Origin: Trichoplax adhaerens | Taxonomy: Eukaryota > Animalia > Placozoa | Length of the DNA: 64,000 nucleotides | Direction of reading: 5' to 3' | Assembly (NCBI RefSeq): GCF_000150275.1 | Contig: NW_002060947.1 | Location: 3,723,309 to 3,787,308 of the forward strand | Shown here: one piece after another, positions 25,401-42,000 of the stretch | Layout of the letters: each line of letters opens with the position of its first letter | How positions within the stretch are numbered: position 1 is the first letter of the stretch | The notes under the pieces: generated by a model | Databases searched by the model: none | The model's input: only the letters and a program-made list of their open reading frames with translations | Told to the model about the DNA's origin: nothing | Made by a program: the position numbers and the translations under genes

Positions 25401-28400
25401 TCGAAGAAGCACAGATTGTCCCGCCACTTTTTCATTCAAATCGCGAATCTTGGACCATTTGCGACCTGTACAAAAATGTCGAATTTTGTCCAGATACTTA
25501 AAAAGTTTGGAACTAAGTTTGATAACATTACTTTCATCTTACATTATTCTGCGTCTCTTGTGAATATTATATCATATCAAGGTACACAGTGCGATACATG
25601 GAACATACTTGGCAACATGATTGGTGTAAAATGTGATATGAGAACGTAGCTATAACTATATGAACTTAGTTCTATTTGTAGTCGTAAAAAAATATATACA
25701 GTGTTGCAAGATCTGTACAATAGTGCTAAGAGGTAGTACCTGTTTTCTCTGTCGACTGTATTAACTTCATGATCCCATAATTGTCTTTAGAAACATCCTA
25801 AGAGAAATAGGCGAGTAACAATGGGACACACAATTAAGATAAGCTATCAGATATCGATAAATCCTGTAGCAATTTGTCGTAATTATAATTATCTAACACA
25901 CGACTGATTAAGGCAATTTAACTGCTTAATAACTTAAAGAAATGACGCTAGGCTGGCATAAAAGCATAAGGGTTTAAATAGGGTTGTAGTAATACCAATT
26001 TCAACGTTTCACTTGCACTAGGTACAGTATTGTCGTTATCATGTTTAGTGATTTATCTCTGTTGCGGCTAATATCGGCAGTAAAATACGGACTACCGGTA
26101 CTATTGGTACTACTTGGATAAATTCGGTGTAATACAGCGAATACCAATAATAACTGTCTAATATTCATATAAATTGATAATCCTGCTAAAGTAAATAGCT
26201 GTATCATCTCTATATTACTATCAATAAATATGAACACAATATGTGAAATAAGGACTGCAAAAATAGAATTAATGAGCGGAAATCTTTCCTTTGTATCAGA
26301 TAGTATTAAAATCTATCATTTATAACTGTTACTAATCACTACTCCGTTGAAGTTTGTTACAAAACATGAAGTGCTACAGTACATACCTCTGCATCTGCTT
26401 CGGCTGCTTCAGCACCCTGTAGAGATAAAATATCAGTAATGAGCGCAAAATCATTATGCACCAACATTTTTTCTGCGTTTTAAAGTATACAGTAGCAAAA
26501 CTTCACGTGCTATCAGCTTGCAACAGAATTAGTTATAGCAACTAACAAATACTGTTACTTTAGAAATAGATGAATTAAGTAATATTTTCATTGTCTCACT
26601 CGTTATTACAATACCGGTAATGTACGCATATATATTTTTGATACTCTTCATTATGTTACTGATATAGATCTAGGCTAGAATTTTTACACTTGGACACTTG
26701 CATGTTAGATAGGATAATGATTTACCTTCCTAGCTGCTTCTGCTTCAGCTTTTCTTCGTTGTTTTTCCTTTTCCTTTTCTAGCTTTTTGAGAGCGTTCTT
26801 GGATAAAGGTTGATCACCAGATCTATTGTATCGAAAGTATTAGGAAAAATATATACGGGTCAATTTTATTATTCTTTTGTACGTTTTTTTCCTATCTACA
26901 GCCTTCCCACATTTAAAATACCAACCGATTTAACATACTGTACTCATATATACTATATCAACGTCCGAAATGTTATCGCTACTAGTAACAATAGTCTCTA
27001 TGCGTTAGATTAGCTATAATCATGATCAGTAGATGATTGAAATAATTGCAGAACTCGTATGCTTGAGCGCAGTTTACGCGTACATGTATGAAAACGAATA
27101 TCGCACAATCTCTCTGCAGCCAATTAATTATAGTGCATCCAAAAGCTTTATATTAACGTAAGTATTAGGATGGCAAAGGAAATGAAATCTTTGTAGCGTC
27201 CTTTTAGCATTAATGGTTTCAGATACGTACAATAATACGTGTTCTACAGTTGTTATCTGGAAGATATTACCATTCTACTTCTAGTACTTATACTTTCACA
27301 GTCTCATGCTGCATTATGCATACTGTGGTCGTCGTCTGATTAGGAATTTTCATTAAAGGAAATATCAATCCAATTGAAACATAGATTGCATACAATATTC
27401 GTACAAATAGTATATAAAACTGGCTAGAATGTATATTTTACTGTCGTAAAGCATAACAATAATTAATTAATTACTGTAATGAGGCATTTATACTATACAG
27501 TAATACTAAACTTGCTTATAAATTAAAACTGAGAAATAACTAATTATCCATAGGAAAGAAAGAGTATCAGATGATCAGATTTGTAGTACAGTCCTCGAAA
27601 GTACTGCATTATCTGCGCTCCTTTTTTTTTCTGTCGATAAGTAGTCCAATTTTTCAATCTACATATCACTACGCTATAGCATTAATTCAATGTCTAAAAT
27701 AGCAAATAATTCCTCTAGGATTATCTATATCATCTTTGACGATGCAACGGGCATCGATAATGGGATATGAATGGATTGCTACTGAATTAGTATTGAACTA
27801 ACTGATTGCACAGTAGCCAGGATTGTCTAATCAGAGATAACCAATTATACGAGTCATTATTATTACTGTTTACTGTTCTGTTTAATCGATGATTACAGTA
27901 TACTAGTCATAATTTTTGATTCTACTATTATTAAGGGAATGGATGGTTGGAGAAATGATCCAACTACGCTACAATCTCATTTCTAGCGTTTATGATAAAT
28001 TACTTAATATCGCAATCATCGGTATACGTCGATAATGGAGAATTAATGAAGAATCATAGCATCATCTTGACACCAATCATTAGGGAATACTATGCTTGTT
28101 ATCTCTTTATTTTACATCATCATTCTACGACTGATATAGTGGTGCTGTAAGATTTACAGAAAACTTCTCTTATAGACTGTACAAATACTGAAACTATACC
28201 AAAAAAGATCAGCAAGGATTTGCCGATAGCTTAAGAATAGCTGCATAAAGCCATCACATTTAATAAGCTGCATTCATTAATACTAGAAGTCTATCATATC
28301 AATGCTAGAAACTGAATATTTGGTAGACTTTCAACAAACGCTAAGCTAGGATGAAAGTAGGATCTGTTTCTTGATCAAGATATAATTTCACTATACATAC

Positions 28401-28438
28401 CCAGATGCTGAGTTATTTGCTTTTTGTGTATCTGCCAT
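22499..28438 (-). CDS. DARS1: Cytosolic aspartyl-tRNA synthetase
   Basis: Exon 1 [13 protein letters not shown] (28401-28438) is phase-matched to [13 protein letters not shown]. Then [104 protein letters not shown] and [10 protein letters not shown]. Confidence 0.97.
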
Positions 28439-30017
28439 AGCTCTTATGATGATCGATAGAAAAATCTTCCGTCTTGCGAGTAGAGTTCACCAATTTTCCA
28501 ATTTTTTTCCTGATTTATAGGCAGCGAGGGATTAACTTCCTCTTCTCACGGTACGGAATAGCATCCAAAGTGAAAAATACAAAAAGTGATCAGGACGTAC
28601 AGTACTCAAAGCAGCCTCTTCTTAATAGAGGATGATATCACTAATTATTGCCAAAGTGCGTCTAATATGGAGTAGACTGCAGCCTTGGTACGCTGGATCG
28701 CGTGCTACCATAGACTCCTAGGTGGGCACTGTCGACAGGCAGTATCGTTGTTATGGAAATGAGCGAGTCGTCAGTCTAAAAAAAAGGAGAGATCGCTGAA
28801 TAACAGTATTGAGTACGGAACTGAATCAGAGTGAGTACTGTACTCTGTAAAGGAGATCGCTAGGTTGCTGAAAAGCGAAATGCCATTGCAAATAGTTTAG
28901 TATTCTTACTATACTTGTACTCAATCGGTCAAAGTATTATCCTATCGGTTATACTCTGCTGCAATATTGTAGTTTCTTCGGTGTTTTTTGTAATTAATTG
29001 AACTTAAAAACCTCATAACATCACCCGAAGTTGACCAGAAAATTGTAACCGTAGGAATAGAGTTTGTTACAGCTATACTGTACGCAAAATTTATAAACTA
29101 CGTTAAGTTGTGCAGATAATTAAAGATGAAAGATATCAATATTTTAAAATGCAGTACAGTAATATCTCTTATAACTTTATAACTTACCAACTACGGTAAT
29201 TCTAAAAATTACTAAACTTACACTACAGCATCAGTTACTAAATACGCGTAGTGCAACTTCAGTAGATATGTGATTCACAACGCATAAAGAGATCACCAAC
29301 GATTCAAGCTCCATCAAGAAACTAAAGGATAGCACAGGCAAACGCATCTAGAAGCGACAATGCGCGACTAATTCGATGGCAGTGAACAATCATCATCAAT
29401 TTTCAAACAGCAATAACACTCAAATCAAACAAGAATATCTACCTTTTAATAATAATTGTAAAAAATTGCTCAATTATAAATACCACATACGTAGATATTA
29501 CACGTATTTGTTATTAAAAAATATCGAAATAGAGATTAATGTAACCATGGTAGACAATATTATGACCCTTCTAACGCTACAATCTGGCATGTGTCTCTTT
29601 ATCGATTCAGTCTCAAACTATAAGACAATTACGAAACCTAGGATGAAGTACTTATACAAATACTTTTTACCCGATAGTCAAATATACGTATAATAATATT
29701 CATTAACTGTACATTCGAGTCTTACATAAATCTATCGTTAATGGAGATTTCAGATGTATAAATATTTATATATTATTACAGTATAATACAAGCTACTGCG
29801 GTTGGTTATAGCCTGACGTAGTTGATAAACTGTGCCAAGTTAGCATAATATGTGATAAGATATCCATAAATCAGAAACCGATCTTGATATCTGCAGGATT
29901 CCCGGCAGCACTATTCCTTCACATACATTAATTAACTTTAGTATAAAATTAGTTATCCCGTAAGAATTTTCATGACTTATGTATATATATATATATGCAT
30001 ATACGATAATTCGTGCT

Positions 30018-33000
30018 TTAGAAGAGGCTACGGCATAAGGGACATGTTGATTGATTGCTGGTATTGAACCATTTATACTATCAAAATATTGAAAAGCAAA
30101 TGTCAGAACTGAAATTGATAATACTAACAGTTTAATGTTACCATATAGCCAAATTACTTCATTAATTAAATAAAGCAACATAACTGTCAAGTAAACTGCA
30201 AAAGTTATTTTTACATCCATGTAAAAATAGCAACTTACCAAACATGTTGAATGAAATTTTTTCTTACAAGTTTTGCAAGTAAGTTTGGGTAATGCCAAGT
30301 TTGAACTGTGTATTACAGAGAAGCAAATCATGCATTCTTCAAGACCTTCAAATTTCTTGTCAATATTACGTTTCCATAAAGCCAAGCTATCAATTATAGT
30401 TCCATTCTGTAAGATCGTTTAACAAGACATTACGATAAAAATATAACGTGAATTACATTAGTAACATAAGTGGTTGATTTTTAATCGTGTAGAATCTAGT
30501 CTTGATCATATTATTACATATCCTTTTAATATAATAACGTATTTAATAATACTGCAATGGCTTCTAATGCTACGATATCACCCTACTTGATTTGACAAAA
30601 AGGTGGTCATTTGCAATATCCAATTCCGCCATTGTCCAATAGGCACACCAATTCTCTGTCCAGTCTCAACAATAACAGTACGGAGAGGATGATTTGCGGC
30701 AAGTCTAACTATTAGCTCCATCGATACTTCACCCATTGTATATGTAGCTATGACTTCATTTAGCGAAGTTCTTGTTCTTATCTATATTCATTAAACCAGC
30801 AGTTTCCGGACGTGAATATATAAATTTTCTACGATTAAATTTCATTGTCTAGTCAAGTATAACTAAATTAGTTCTAAATTACTATCCAGAACCTAAAATG
30901 TGTTTATCACTTCCAACAGCATCATAAGTCTTTGATAAACGTATACTCATTTTATAATACCTCCATGTTATCAAGAACTAAGGATGAATTCTGCACGAAT
31001 TCCATTTCTTTACGGACCAAAGAAGGACTAACATAGTTTATGGTATACCTAGAACAAATAATTTTGCATAGTACGTGTATTAAATGTCGATTAAACATAT
31101 TCAAAATAAAAATATCCGACAGGCATCACCGATATTACACAACTAAGAATTCACTTAAACAATAAATTAAAAGCATTTCGTAGTGCAGATGGTGAAAGCA
31201 ATAAATTTATCAAATGCTATATCCTAAAAATTAATGATACAGTATATGTATGATTATGTAAGCACCATTTCGACAATTGTTTGCATAACAATGCTGACAG
31301 TTTCTAAAAATATTCAACTGAATAATACCTTTCTGCATCGATTGCTCGCTTCTTCTCTAGACTATTCCACCACTGGCGAACTACTACCGGCATGTATTGC
31401 ATGATGTTATAGCAAACCATACACGATACCATTTGAATTAGTTCCCATAATGACTTACAATCTAAACGTATAACATACAACACTTCAGTATCAGTAACAG
31501 CAAGTAATTATATACTGTACTGTATTCTATGACTACAAACCTGTAGCATCAACATGCAATGATTCATAGAATAACTCTTGAACGGTATATTCAGAATTTC
31601 CAAGTTGGAGATAAATACACTTTTCCTTCGTACTCGCATGTGGTTTTATACTCCGTTTTGCTGACGGCATGATGTAAAATAGAGTATCCAATAACATCGT
31701 CACGGAGGTACATTGTTTTAAGTAAGCGATATACAGTAAACGTAGCTATAAAAATCAAAGAAATTTACAAACAATGTTTCAGTTGGAATAATAAAAGAAA
31801 ATATGGTATAAAATATTTGATTAATTGCCAGCTGTGTTATACCTTAAGACTAGATTTGGAAATCATCTCGATAATTAACCGCCATGAAAGGAGATAACTT
31901 AAAATCGATCTTTGATCGCTGTCACTGAATTCTTCTTCGTTTAATTCTCCCTTACCTACTGACTTCGTAGGTATACTTTGAATAACTTTTAATACAGAAT
32001 TGATAATCTCAAGTAGAGCAGCTGGTAGAGACCTGAAAATCAAGGACAACGTAAGAGTTAAACTTCATTTGCTAAACTCTGAAATTTTAGACAGTACCTT
32101 GTCATATCATCAATGTCCTCAGATAAAGACTCTTCATCCATCGTAACTGTACGAGGTACTGTCCTAATAGCGTTATATCGTATAAATGAACGATATCAGT
32201 ACGATTGTGCACAACAAATTTAAAACGAATTGCTTAGACACAATTAAATTTATGGCGATCCTGTAACCTCATTAAGAGATGGAAGATAGTCACAGAAATT
32301 GAGACAGGGCGCGATTTCATTAATGGACATAAATAATCCCACAACGAATTAGAACTTGATTCACCAAATGACAAAACTTCAGAGAGAATCAAGATAAAGT
32401 TATCAGAGTTCAAAAAGGTAACTGGCATTTTCAAAGCAACGGCTGATACATTCTTTAATAGATACGATAATGGAATCATATTGCTGAAGCCTATTCCAGA
32501 GGAATCTAATGCAGCTTGAAAAAATATTTATTTATTAAAAAGTTGAATTAGCAATTAAAACTGGCAATAGAAGATAACGTACTAGCTAACTGCAGGAAGT
32601 AGCTCATCGTTACTGAAAATGCAGACTCCCTGTAAACATCTGACCACTCCATTTTCAAATTTGACGGTATATAGGGTTGATTTCGTCGTCTTGCCGAAAG
32701 TGTCGACGTATGCATTAGGCAACCATCCATCAACAGAAGGAGCTTAAAAGCTTCATTAAAGAACTTCATCTTTATGATTGAGAAACTGGCGCCGCGATTA
32801 TATTCATTTGCATTCTGACATGACTGAAATATTATGATAAGAATGCTTTTTCAATTGTTCATATATATGAGAATAAAAAAACTTAGTAATATTTTACATT
32901 ACTTGGATTCTAAACGACATGCGTAAATCGTATTTTTTAGACTGCTAAATAACGGTAGTACAGTACCGCAGTGGTCACAATCAATTATACTTAAGATGTA

Positions 33001-36000
33001 AGGAAAAGAATACGAAATAAAAGTATTGTAGTGACTAATCATTATAAACATTATCCTAAATACTTAATAGACTTACCTGAAGCCAACCCACAGTACAGCA
33101 TAATGCAAAGTCCCACATTAAGTCGTCGAACAAAATTATTCCAGATGAAATTGCGTTATTTATAAAGCATATCATTGCTTCATTTAAGGAGACTATTCCA
33201 GTGGAAAGCTCATCGATATTGCTAGATACAATAAATTGCAATAAATTTATCATATATGTATGTAGCCTCTTAAACGGTTATTTTATACTAAAATAAAGCA
33301 TACCATTGAAATGCGAAGATGTCTAAATGATTATCTTTAAGAGCTCCCAGCATGCGTATTACATTTGCGATATAATCGACCATAGATGTTGGATTTTGAT
33401 TTTGCTTTTGCATAGTTTTAAATACGCATGATATGACGTTTAAGTATGAGCCTATTTCTATATGTAATCACACAGAAGCGGCGATAGTAAAGATCATTTT
33501 AGAGCTACCGTTAAAACATAGATAAAACATACAGTGCATGCTAATAATAATTAATAGAACGAGTACTTACGTAGCAACCAGTCTACGGATACCTCCATTT
33601 CCATGTTTAACATAGCTTTAACTTGATTAAAGCACATTTCTAATATCTTTGAATTCTGTGCCAAATCTAAATAAGATACAATAACTTGCAAAGTATGCAT
33701 GTTACCCATGTTCATAAAGCCCCTGCACAAGCAAAAATACAAGTATCACACAGCAGAAAATCACGTACAGGATTAGCAAATATTTTCTCAAAAATTTTCA
33801 GCTACTGATTTCGCACCTTGAAATATAATCAGAAGATACAATTTGATCGATATGAGTAACAGGTATCCCTTTACGGAGCGAACCGCACAAATCTACATAT
33901 ACAAAAGGCCATATTCCTCCATTATCCATTGATCTATTTGGTAGAGATTATAATTATTATGGCAAAACTTGAAGACGGTTACAATAATAAGGGGCAGCAT
34001 TAAAATCATGATATTGCCTAAAATTACCTCTTGTAACATTCCGAAATGAGATAGTCAGTATCGATTTCAGAAATTTCTGCAGTTAATACACTAAGATTGC
34101 TTTTAATAAGCTCTAACACCTTTTTAAGAAATGTTTCAGTTGAGATAATGGGGCTTTTTCTCACCTAAAGAGAAAATCATACCACATTAATAATCCTTTA
34201 AAATGACGTATGTTGTTCATGTATTTTCGTAAAGTATACCAAAAATGTTTTACATTTACGTCTACATAGAAGCATCATTAAATGTATTACCATATACGAA
34301 TGTTCTGACTCCATTGATGTTATCGTAAGTTTGCATAATTCCTGACAGTAGATAATATCTAGCAGGCAATCATTGCGCGATAAATAGTTATCATATATTG
34401 AAGTTAAAACTTTAGTGCTAGTTTCCATGGATTCAATAAAACTGCAATGTGCCAGAGAATGGTTTTCGGGCGTAGCCTGTTCGTCTAGTAACTCATAATC
34501 TTCGTCTGACGAATCTGTAATGTCTTCGATATATTCTGTCATGTCACTCTCTGAATCAGACAAGTTTGATTCATTATGGCATTTAACAACTCTCATACCG
34601 AGAGAAGAAACAAACAGCATCTCCTTAATGTAGGATGGAAAAGCCTTTTGAGGCTCATCAGCGAATATATAATAATCCTGTAACCACGATTCATCGAAGG
34701 AAATAATACCTTCGAAGTATGGGTAAATCAACCACTAAAACAATGGATGAATACAATTTATGATTTCAAAATATTAAATTTGATATGGAGCAGAAAAGAC
34801 ATTTTTATTTGATATATAAAAATTCGTAACATTGCGGTATAGATATAGGGAATATCTCATTAATTCAAATTTTTTGTACCTCTTTGTATGACCATCTGCA
34901 TGCCTTTTCTCTTAATTTATCAAATTCTTCACGATTTCCAAGCAGAATCTTCATTATATTATCTTGCGGGTTTCTCAATACATTATCTGAGCCTGCATTA
35001 GTTTTTGTTTCAATTTCCAAGCACAATAACAGGATTGAACTGTTTACTAAATTCTGAATCCTAATTAAGAAAACACCATAATACAAATTCTATAACTCAA
35101 ATAGTGATTAAACGGTCAAACAATCGAATAATTCAGTAATTACCTGACAAATTGTTGACATCCTTCGCTGTGAAGGCATTCCTTTAACCACATAGCGGCT
35201 TTTTCGATGAAAGATAGGTTAAAGCGCGTACTATATTGAAGTATTTCTTGTATCTCTATTTGCACTTCAGCTAAAGGTTATGAAATGGAATTTAATCTGA
35301 TTATTATATGTCCGTATCATTAAAATTTTATAGATTGAACTACATAAATTTTGTTATACTTTCTAAGATAATCTAAACCCAATTTATCTACATACAGCAA
35401 GCTACGTGTTTAGTATACTATACATAACTTAGACAAGAATAAGTTAGAAAGGATTTACCGTCTCAATGATTCGATACCTTCAAATTTTATATCAATTGTT
35501 TACGTACTTGCAATTGGTTCCGTACAGCAGGTCAGTTTGAAGCATTCATATAGTAAATCCTCCACAATCGCTGATAAAATTTTTCTATCCTAAATACATA
35601 CACATGTAATAATCACTTCATATTCTCCATGTGGTTAAGCTAACACATACATGTATTCCGCAAAACTTCAAACTACAAATAAATGTCTTGCAACATTAAC
35701 GAGCTGTCACACGGTTGAGATACTATTTTTAGCTGATGATGAACACAAACAGACCAAGTAATAAGTACTTTAACAGATGAAACAATACCTCAATTAATTT
35801 CAAATAATGTCTCAGTGTGCAAATCGTTGCAGCGATTTCTTTTGAACGACCATAATTGGTGGTATCTCTTATAAAGTCGTGAAATTGTGAAAGAACGATT
35901 TCGATCGTATTTGATTGCAATATAAAATCTGAAATAAAAGAAGTAATTATCTCAACATAACTTGAAGAATTATTAAAATACACAAAATAGGCATCACAGA

Positions 36001-39000
36001 AACAATGCGACATTTTGAATAATTTACAAACCTTGATCTAACTTGTTGAAACATTTTGTTAAGATTTTCCACTCATCACTACTGTCGTGATTTGGCCCAT
36101 TAGAATTTGCACTACCGTACAAATTATCCACTAGACGCAATATAGACTTATTGAAAATGGTACTTTTCAGCCATACTCTGTTGTTATTCTGAAGCACCTA
36201 CAATAAAATTTGTCATAAGCAAGCAACAGGTCAAGCAAAAATATCATATTAAACATTGAAGAGATAAATAAACGTCTTTTACCTTACTAAGATACAGCTG
36301 TATCATGGAGACATTGTCCATATCCTATTGATACATAAAACCAATAAATTATACATGCCGTAATTCTATATTAGAAGCAGTTTCTTCTTTTCGATGAATT
36401 GTATTTACACTACCTTCCATAAATCTTCCAGCACTTCTAGTTGTAAATCTTGAGGCAGAAGGTTTAAGAGTGAATCTGCTAACTGTGAAGCTGAACTTAT
36501 AGCAATTTTAGCCTTATTCCTATCAATTGAAATGATGTCATGAGCCCAAGGTATAATATTTCCACGCATAAATGACGAAACATTCTGTGCCAATGTCTTC
36601 GTATCTTTTTCAATAGGATCGACATCGATTAATTTTTTGAGTATTTCGGTAGAAGCAAACTTATACGTTAATTTAGATAGAAATACCAAATGAGGGCACT
36701 TTCTGTTCGAAATAGTTTGACTGGTAATTTTGTGACATAGGGAAGAGGTTAATTTATAACATTCTTGGCTCAGTAATTGTTGATATTTTGAAGATACTTG
36801 ATTAGCTGATGGCTTATTATTCATTTCCCGATCGGAATAGTTGCGACTGCCATCAGTAAATGAAACTGTTTTTCTTAACATTTTAGTCGCTGAACCACCT
36901 TGTAGTCCACAAGTTAAAATCAGGTCTGCCAACCGTTGTAATGAGTGAAGATAGTCCTATTCAACGGATATTTACATAGTTAATAAATTATCTACCGATT
37001 ATTTTCTATCGGTAAATATTACTTTTTAAGTAATATTTACATCGATTACAACTAATACCTCATTAATGCCTTGAAAAGATTCGTCGATTATGTCTCCACA
37101 TATACACTCAAATTTATTCCAAAATTTAAACCACAAGGAGTTTTCCTTATCACAAACAGCAGTTTCATCTTCTCTCTGATCAGAATGTATTTTTGCTAGT
37201 TTAAGAAGGAATTTATTCGTATTTGTGTACAAGCACGAATTAGCCAATAGTGGAGAATGAGCAATCAAAGAGACCTTCAGTAGTGGTAACATCTATGTGA
37301 ATGATATAACCTCAGTTATTAACTAATCATGAATTGTATTAAAACATTTTAACCATTAGAAATATCGATCATTTACCTGGTCAGTTAAAACGTATGATGC
37401 AACATCATCGAAAGTGCCTGTTGATGAATGCGAGGCTATAGTGTGGTAAATACACTCAACAAAAGCCGACACAATTGCTGAACACTCCGCTATACCTTGG
37501 CTAATGTGTAAATTATTCAACCTAATATCATTGAGTAATAAATCATCAGTCACTTAATCTTAAAACAATTTAAAAGTTGAAACTTATGTCCCTGGTGATA
37601 ATAATACTTTTATAAAAGGGAAGATTAGGTATGTCAATCGTTATGCACGTTCTATAATAAATGCTAACCCTTCCCGAATATTAGAAAAAAATAAGCGATA
37701 AAATTCAGTGCCACCACCAGTGACCTAAAAAGATAATTTGAAAGTAAATTTGATTTTTTACTAGCAATTAAAAAATAAAAAAGGCATATTTTTTAGAAAT
37801 AGCATCATGCATTTAAGGACAGAAGTACATTGCAGTAGTTCACTTAAAGAGTAGGTTACGTGAATTTATCTTGCAGAAGTACTCAAGTATAGACTCTTCA
37901 ATCAGTGCAAATTTCGCTAGGCCAATGAATTAACGATATAGCATTGAGTTTGTAATAAGCGGAAAAATCTGTCTGATACCTCAATAGGAATTTTACTTAG
38001 GAATGGCAGCAATGCTGGAAATATCACAGAAGCTGAACCATTTCCATTCGAACGCAACAACTGCCATAATTTCGGCAAGACACTTTTCCTAGCACTCACA
38101 TGATCCCAGCAGTCCTTAGTATTTAGGCATACGATTAATATTTACAATTGAAGGCTTTATTAACTTTTTAAGATTGCAACACATAACTGCTATATATTAC
38201 CTGTACTTGAGTGACAACAAGTAAGATTGCATCCCATAAGGACCGGCAAACTAATGGTTCTGTATCGTCAATAGAACCAAGTATTAGAGGACATGCTTTC
38301 GAGTTGCTGTTGCTTGAAGTAGATGGTAAATGCTGATAATAAATTGCCATCAATGTGAAAAATGCTGATCGAATCTGGAAATAGAAAAATAATTAATTTT
38401 GAAAACCTGCTTGATCAAGATGAAAAATAGAAACTAATAAAAACTATCATAGCATAAGAATTATTTCAAAATAAATAATAAATTTGCTGTACCATAGGTG
38501 AATCACTTTTTCCGAGTTTCCAAAATTTTGCTGTATCTAAAATTTCCGAAAAAGGGGCTGTATCGAAATCTTCGATATCATTAGGAGCCAAAGTATTAAT
38601 TACTTGTCCTAATGCTAGTAACGATGATGCAACTACCCGTTGATACTTCGATTCCATATCATCCGTAGAAATATTGCTAAATATATGTATAAAATAAACG
38701 GCGGAAATATTTATTCTGTCAATAATATCAGGGATATTGGTCAAAAACGCCAACTGTACCACTCGTGTAAATAACACATTTAAATCATAGAAACTCACCC
38801 TGTATTGCTTAATGTCGCAGGAGTATGGACAAAGAGATTCTCCTTGATGTGCTACAAAGGTGAATCAAATAAAGCGAAAGAACAAACATAAGTTAAATAG
38901 CATTAAAGCCGTTACAGCAGTTACATTACTAATCAATAAGTACGTCTTTTACTATATAATACTTTAATACATTCATCAAATAGTATCATAATTAAATCTA

Positions 39001-42000
39001 AGTACGAAAAACTATAGATTGTTACCGTGATGGTCTCCTCTAAACAAAATTTCATAACTTCAGCTCTCTTTAATGGAGGAAAAGCAGTATCAAAAGCAAC
39101 TTTTGCAGCTGTTGCAGCAGGAGCATAGCTATCATGATGACTACATAACCAACAACCAATGATTGACTTAAGATGCGGAGCAAGTCGACGGCGCACACAC
39201 TTAACAATACTTAGTAAGGCCTGCTGTGTTGCTTCTCGTACCTTTCTATCAACATCCTATATTATTATTTGAGATAACATAAATCACATTATAAATTAAA
39301 GAAACATATTATGATCGTTATAAGTTTATTATAAAATGCAACAAGCCTATGACCGAGATTTGTAATGCTTTTCATAAGACTTTACAGAAAACAATAAAGA
39401 TTTCAAGATATTCACTGCTTATATATACAGTAATATACGATGTGTACAGTACAGCTTCTTGGATATACAGTACATTATCCTGCATTTTATCAGGGGAGAT
39501 TACAATTACAAATATATCTTACGTAAGCTAAACGGTTGTAACTTCTTGTCCAAGAATGCAGCAATCCGATGATTTCCTCAATCGGTTTATCCAAGCATAG
39601 CTCCGCTAATTCTTGTAATGCCTGAAATACAGCGAGTGACATATAGATATCAGTAATTTCTATTATCATGATGATAAATCAAATGTAGCCAACTACCAAA
39701 ATCGATGCTACGAATAAAGACTATATCGAAAAAAATCATTTCAGCGCGCAGTAACCGTACAGTTAGAACCGCTAGGTGAATTTAGCAATTCATTATCCTC
39801 AATCAGATAATTGATGTCATACAGTAAGATTTTCAAAGTTTATGTATTGAAATAAAATTAATTACTAAGTATCGTAGCTTGTGTAGGTTTTATGGATTTG
39901 CAAAGCAGATATCACCAATTGTAAACTGGCTATATCATCTACCACGGCTAATTTGCAATAATTACTATTCTAAATAAACGACTACCAAGTCAGAAATTGT
40001 TAGCACAAAATGGCTAATTTGTAATTAATGTAGACTAATAATAATTCCAGTATTTTTAATTAAATTCCATAACAAAGGTTAAGTTTTTCATCCATAGGTC
40101 TCTGGAACTACGTACGTAATCTTTCTAATAATAAATCTAGCGAGTCTGCTTTGGATGTTAGTATTAGTGAAGAATGTCTTCGCAATACTATTTAATAAAC
40201 TGTCTAACTATAATCAAAATTAAGTTATACCTTCAGTCTCGTCAGAGAATCCTTCTTAGATAATTTCTTGATTATAATACGGAAATCGGGACTAATATTA
40301 CTATCATCTTCATTAGGAGGCCCAGAGCCAGATACAGTTGCAAAGCCAATAAAACCAGTCGTATCGGCTCCTTTTCTAGCCAAATGATCCGCCGCTCTAC
40401 CACTGTTGGAAGCCTACAACATTTAAATTGCAAAAATATTTTTCGATTACGCACTACGTCTATAATAAAATGGTAATTATGATATTTGCCATATACGTAA
40501 GTATATCATGTATAGTAGTTCTACAGTATCATTTACGTGTATAACTAACTGTCTATCTAAACGTCTACTGTATAAGAAAAGTAGCATAAATGATCACAGC
40601 AACTTATTATCATAATTTTCATTACACAGAACAGTATAATATCATGTACAGTAGTTGTACAGTATCATTTATGTGCGTAGCTGACTATCTATCTCAACGT
40701 CTGCTATGTACGAAAAGTAGGTGTAATAAATGCGTCTCACCATAACTATCCTAGTCAGATGGTATTTTCTAAAAGACTTTTATTACAAGGTTTTAGGAAT
40801 AGTAGAGCAATAATTAATTACTACAAGAATCTAGTCTAAAATCTAAAGTATTACGAGCTCAAAGCGAAGTGAAGTCTCTTCTTCCCTGTGAGCTCATCTC
40901 TGCAGTTCTTATAAACATTTCCTTAAATCCATTTATGACAACTTGATTAATCTACAATCAGATATGAGTCATCAAATAAAATAGTTTTCTCTAACAGTAC
41001 ATCATTATTTTCTACAATCTGAATCATTCTACTTAAGATGGCACTATTCTTCTATTAACATCTAGGCCCTTTCTTCGAAGGGCATCTTAACTACAGCGTT
41101 TCTAGCTACATCAATCTTGTACCATAATTAGTCAACTGGCTACTATTAGTCATCAATGATTTCTAATATAATAGTTAGCAATCATCTAATAATAGCTTCA
41201 CGGTAATATCTATTCAAAGCAACCTAACTATATCAAATATAGCTATCCGTATAATCAAATATGGGTGCATCACTACAGTAGGATAAATGATCACAGCAAC
41301 TTATTATCATAATTTTCATTCTACTGTACAGTATAATAAAGTGATAATTACGATATTTGCTGTAATATGTAGTTCTATAATAAGGGATTATCCATCTAAA
41401 TGCCTGTTCTATCGCATATCAGAAAAATAATAACTGTAGTTATAGTCTGTAACAACTGTGTCACTTCGAGTATTGTTACCCATGAACGAAAATTGTAGTA
41501 CCAATATTTTTATGTGATTATTTTGAATCAAGCAAATTCACTTGTCATGCTATTTATAATAACAATAGTGTATGAACTACTAGCAATGTATGATATAAAG
41601 CATTCATTGCAGGACGTTATCATGTAAAAGCCGCTATCACGAATGGGAAGCATGGTGATCACGCTATAAAATACAACATAATAATCAATTTACTTGGGGG
41701 GAACGAAAAATTTAGATCGCTTGTGATCTGTGCTGTGAGCGAGTCATGACGATCACTCCATTTACAATAGTAAATACTGTAAGGACTCAGCAATTCAATA
41801 CTTATTATTAGCATTGATTTGACGATCTAGTAACATAGATGGCTTAACCCGTAGGAATAATAATATTAGTGATGCTATATGTGCTTCATTACTAGCATTA
41901 GGGATTGTACAGTACTACAGTAAGAGGATAACTTGTTGTGCTCGAGATCTCCAGTATGACACACAATTTGTACGATTGTGACCAAATTCTTCTTCAGTAC

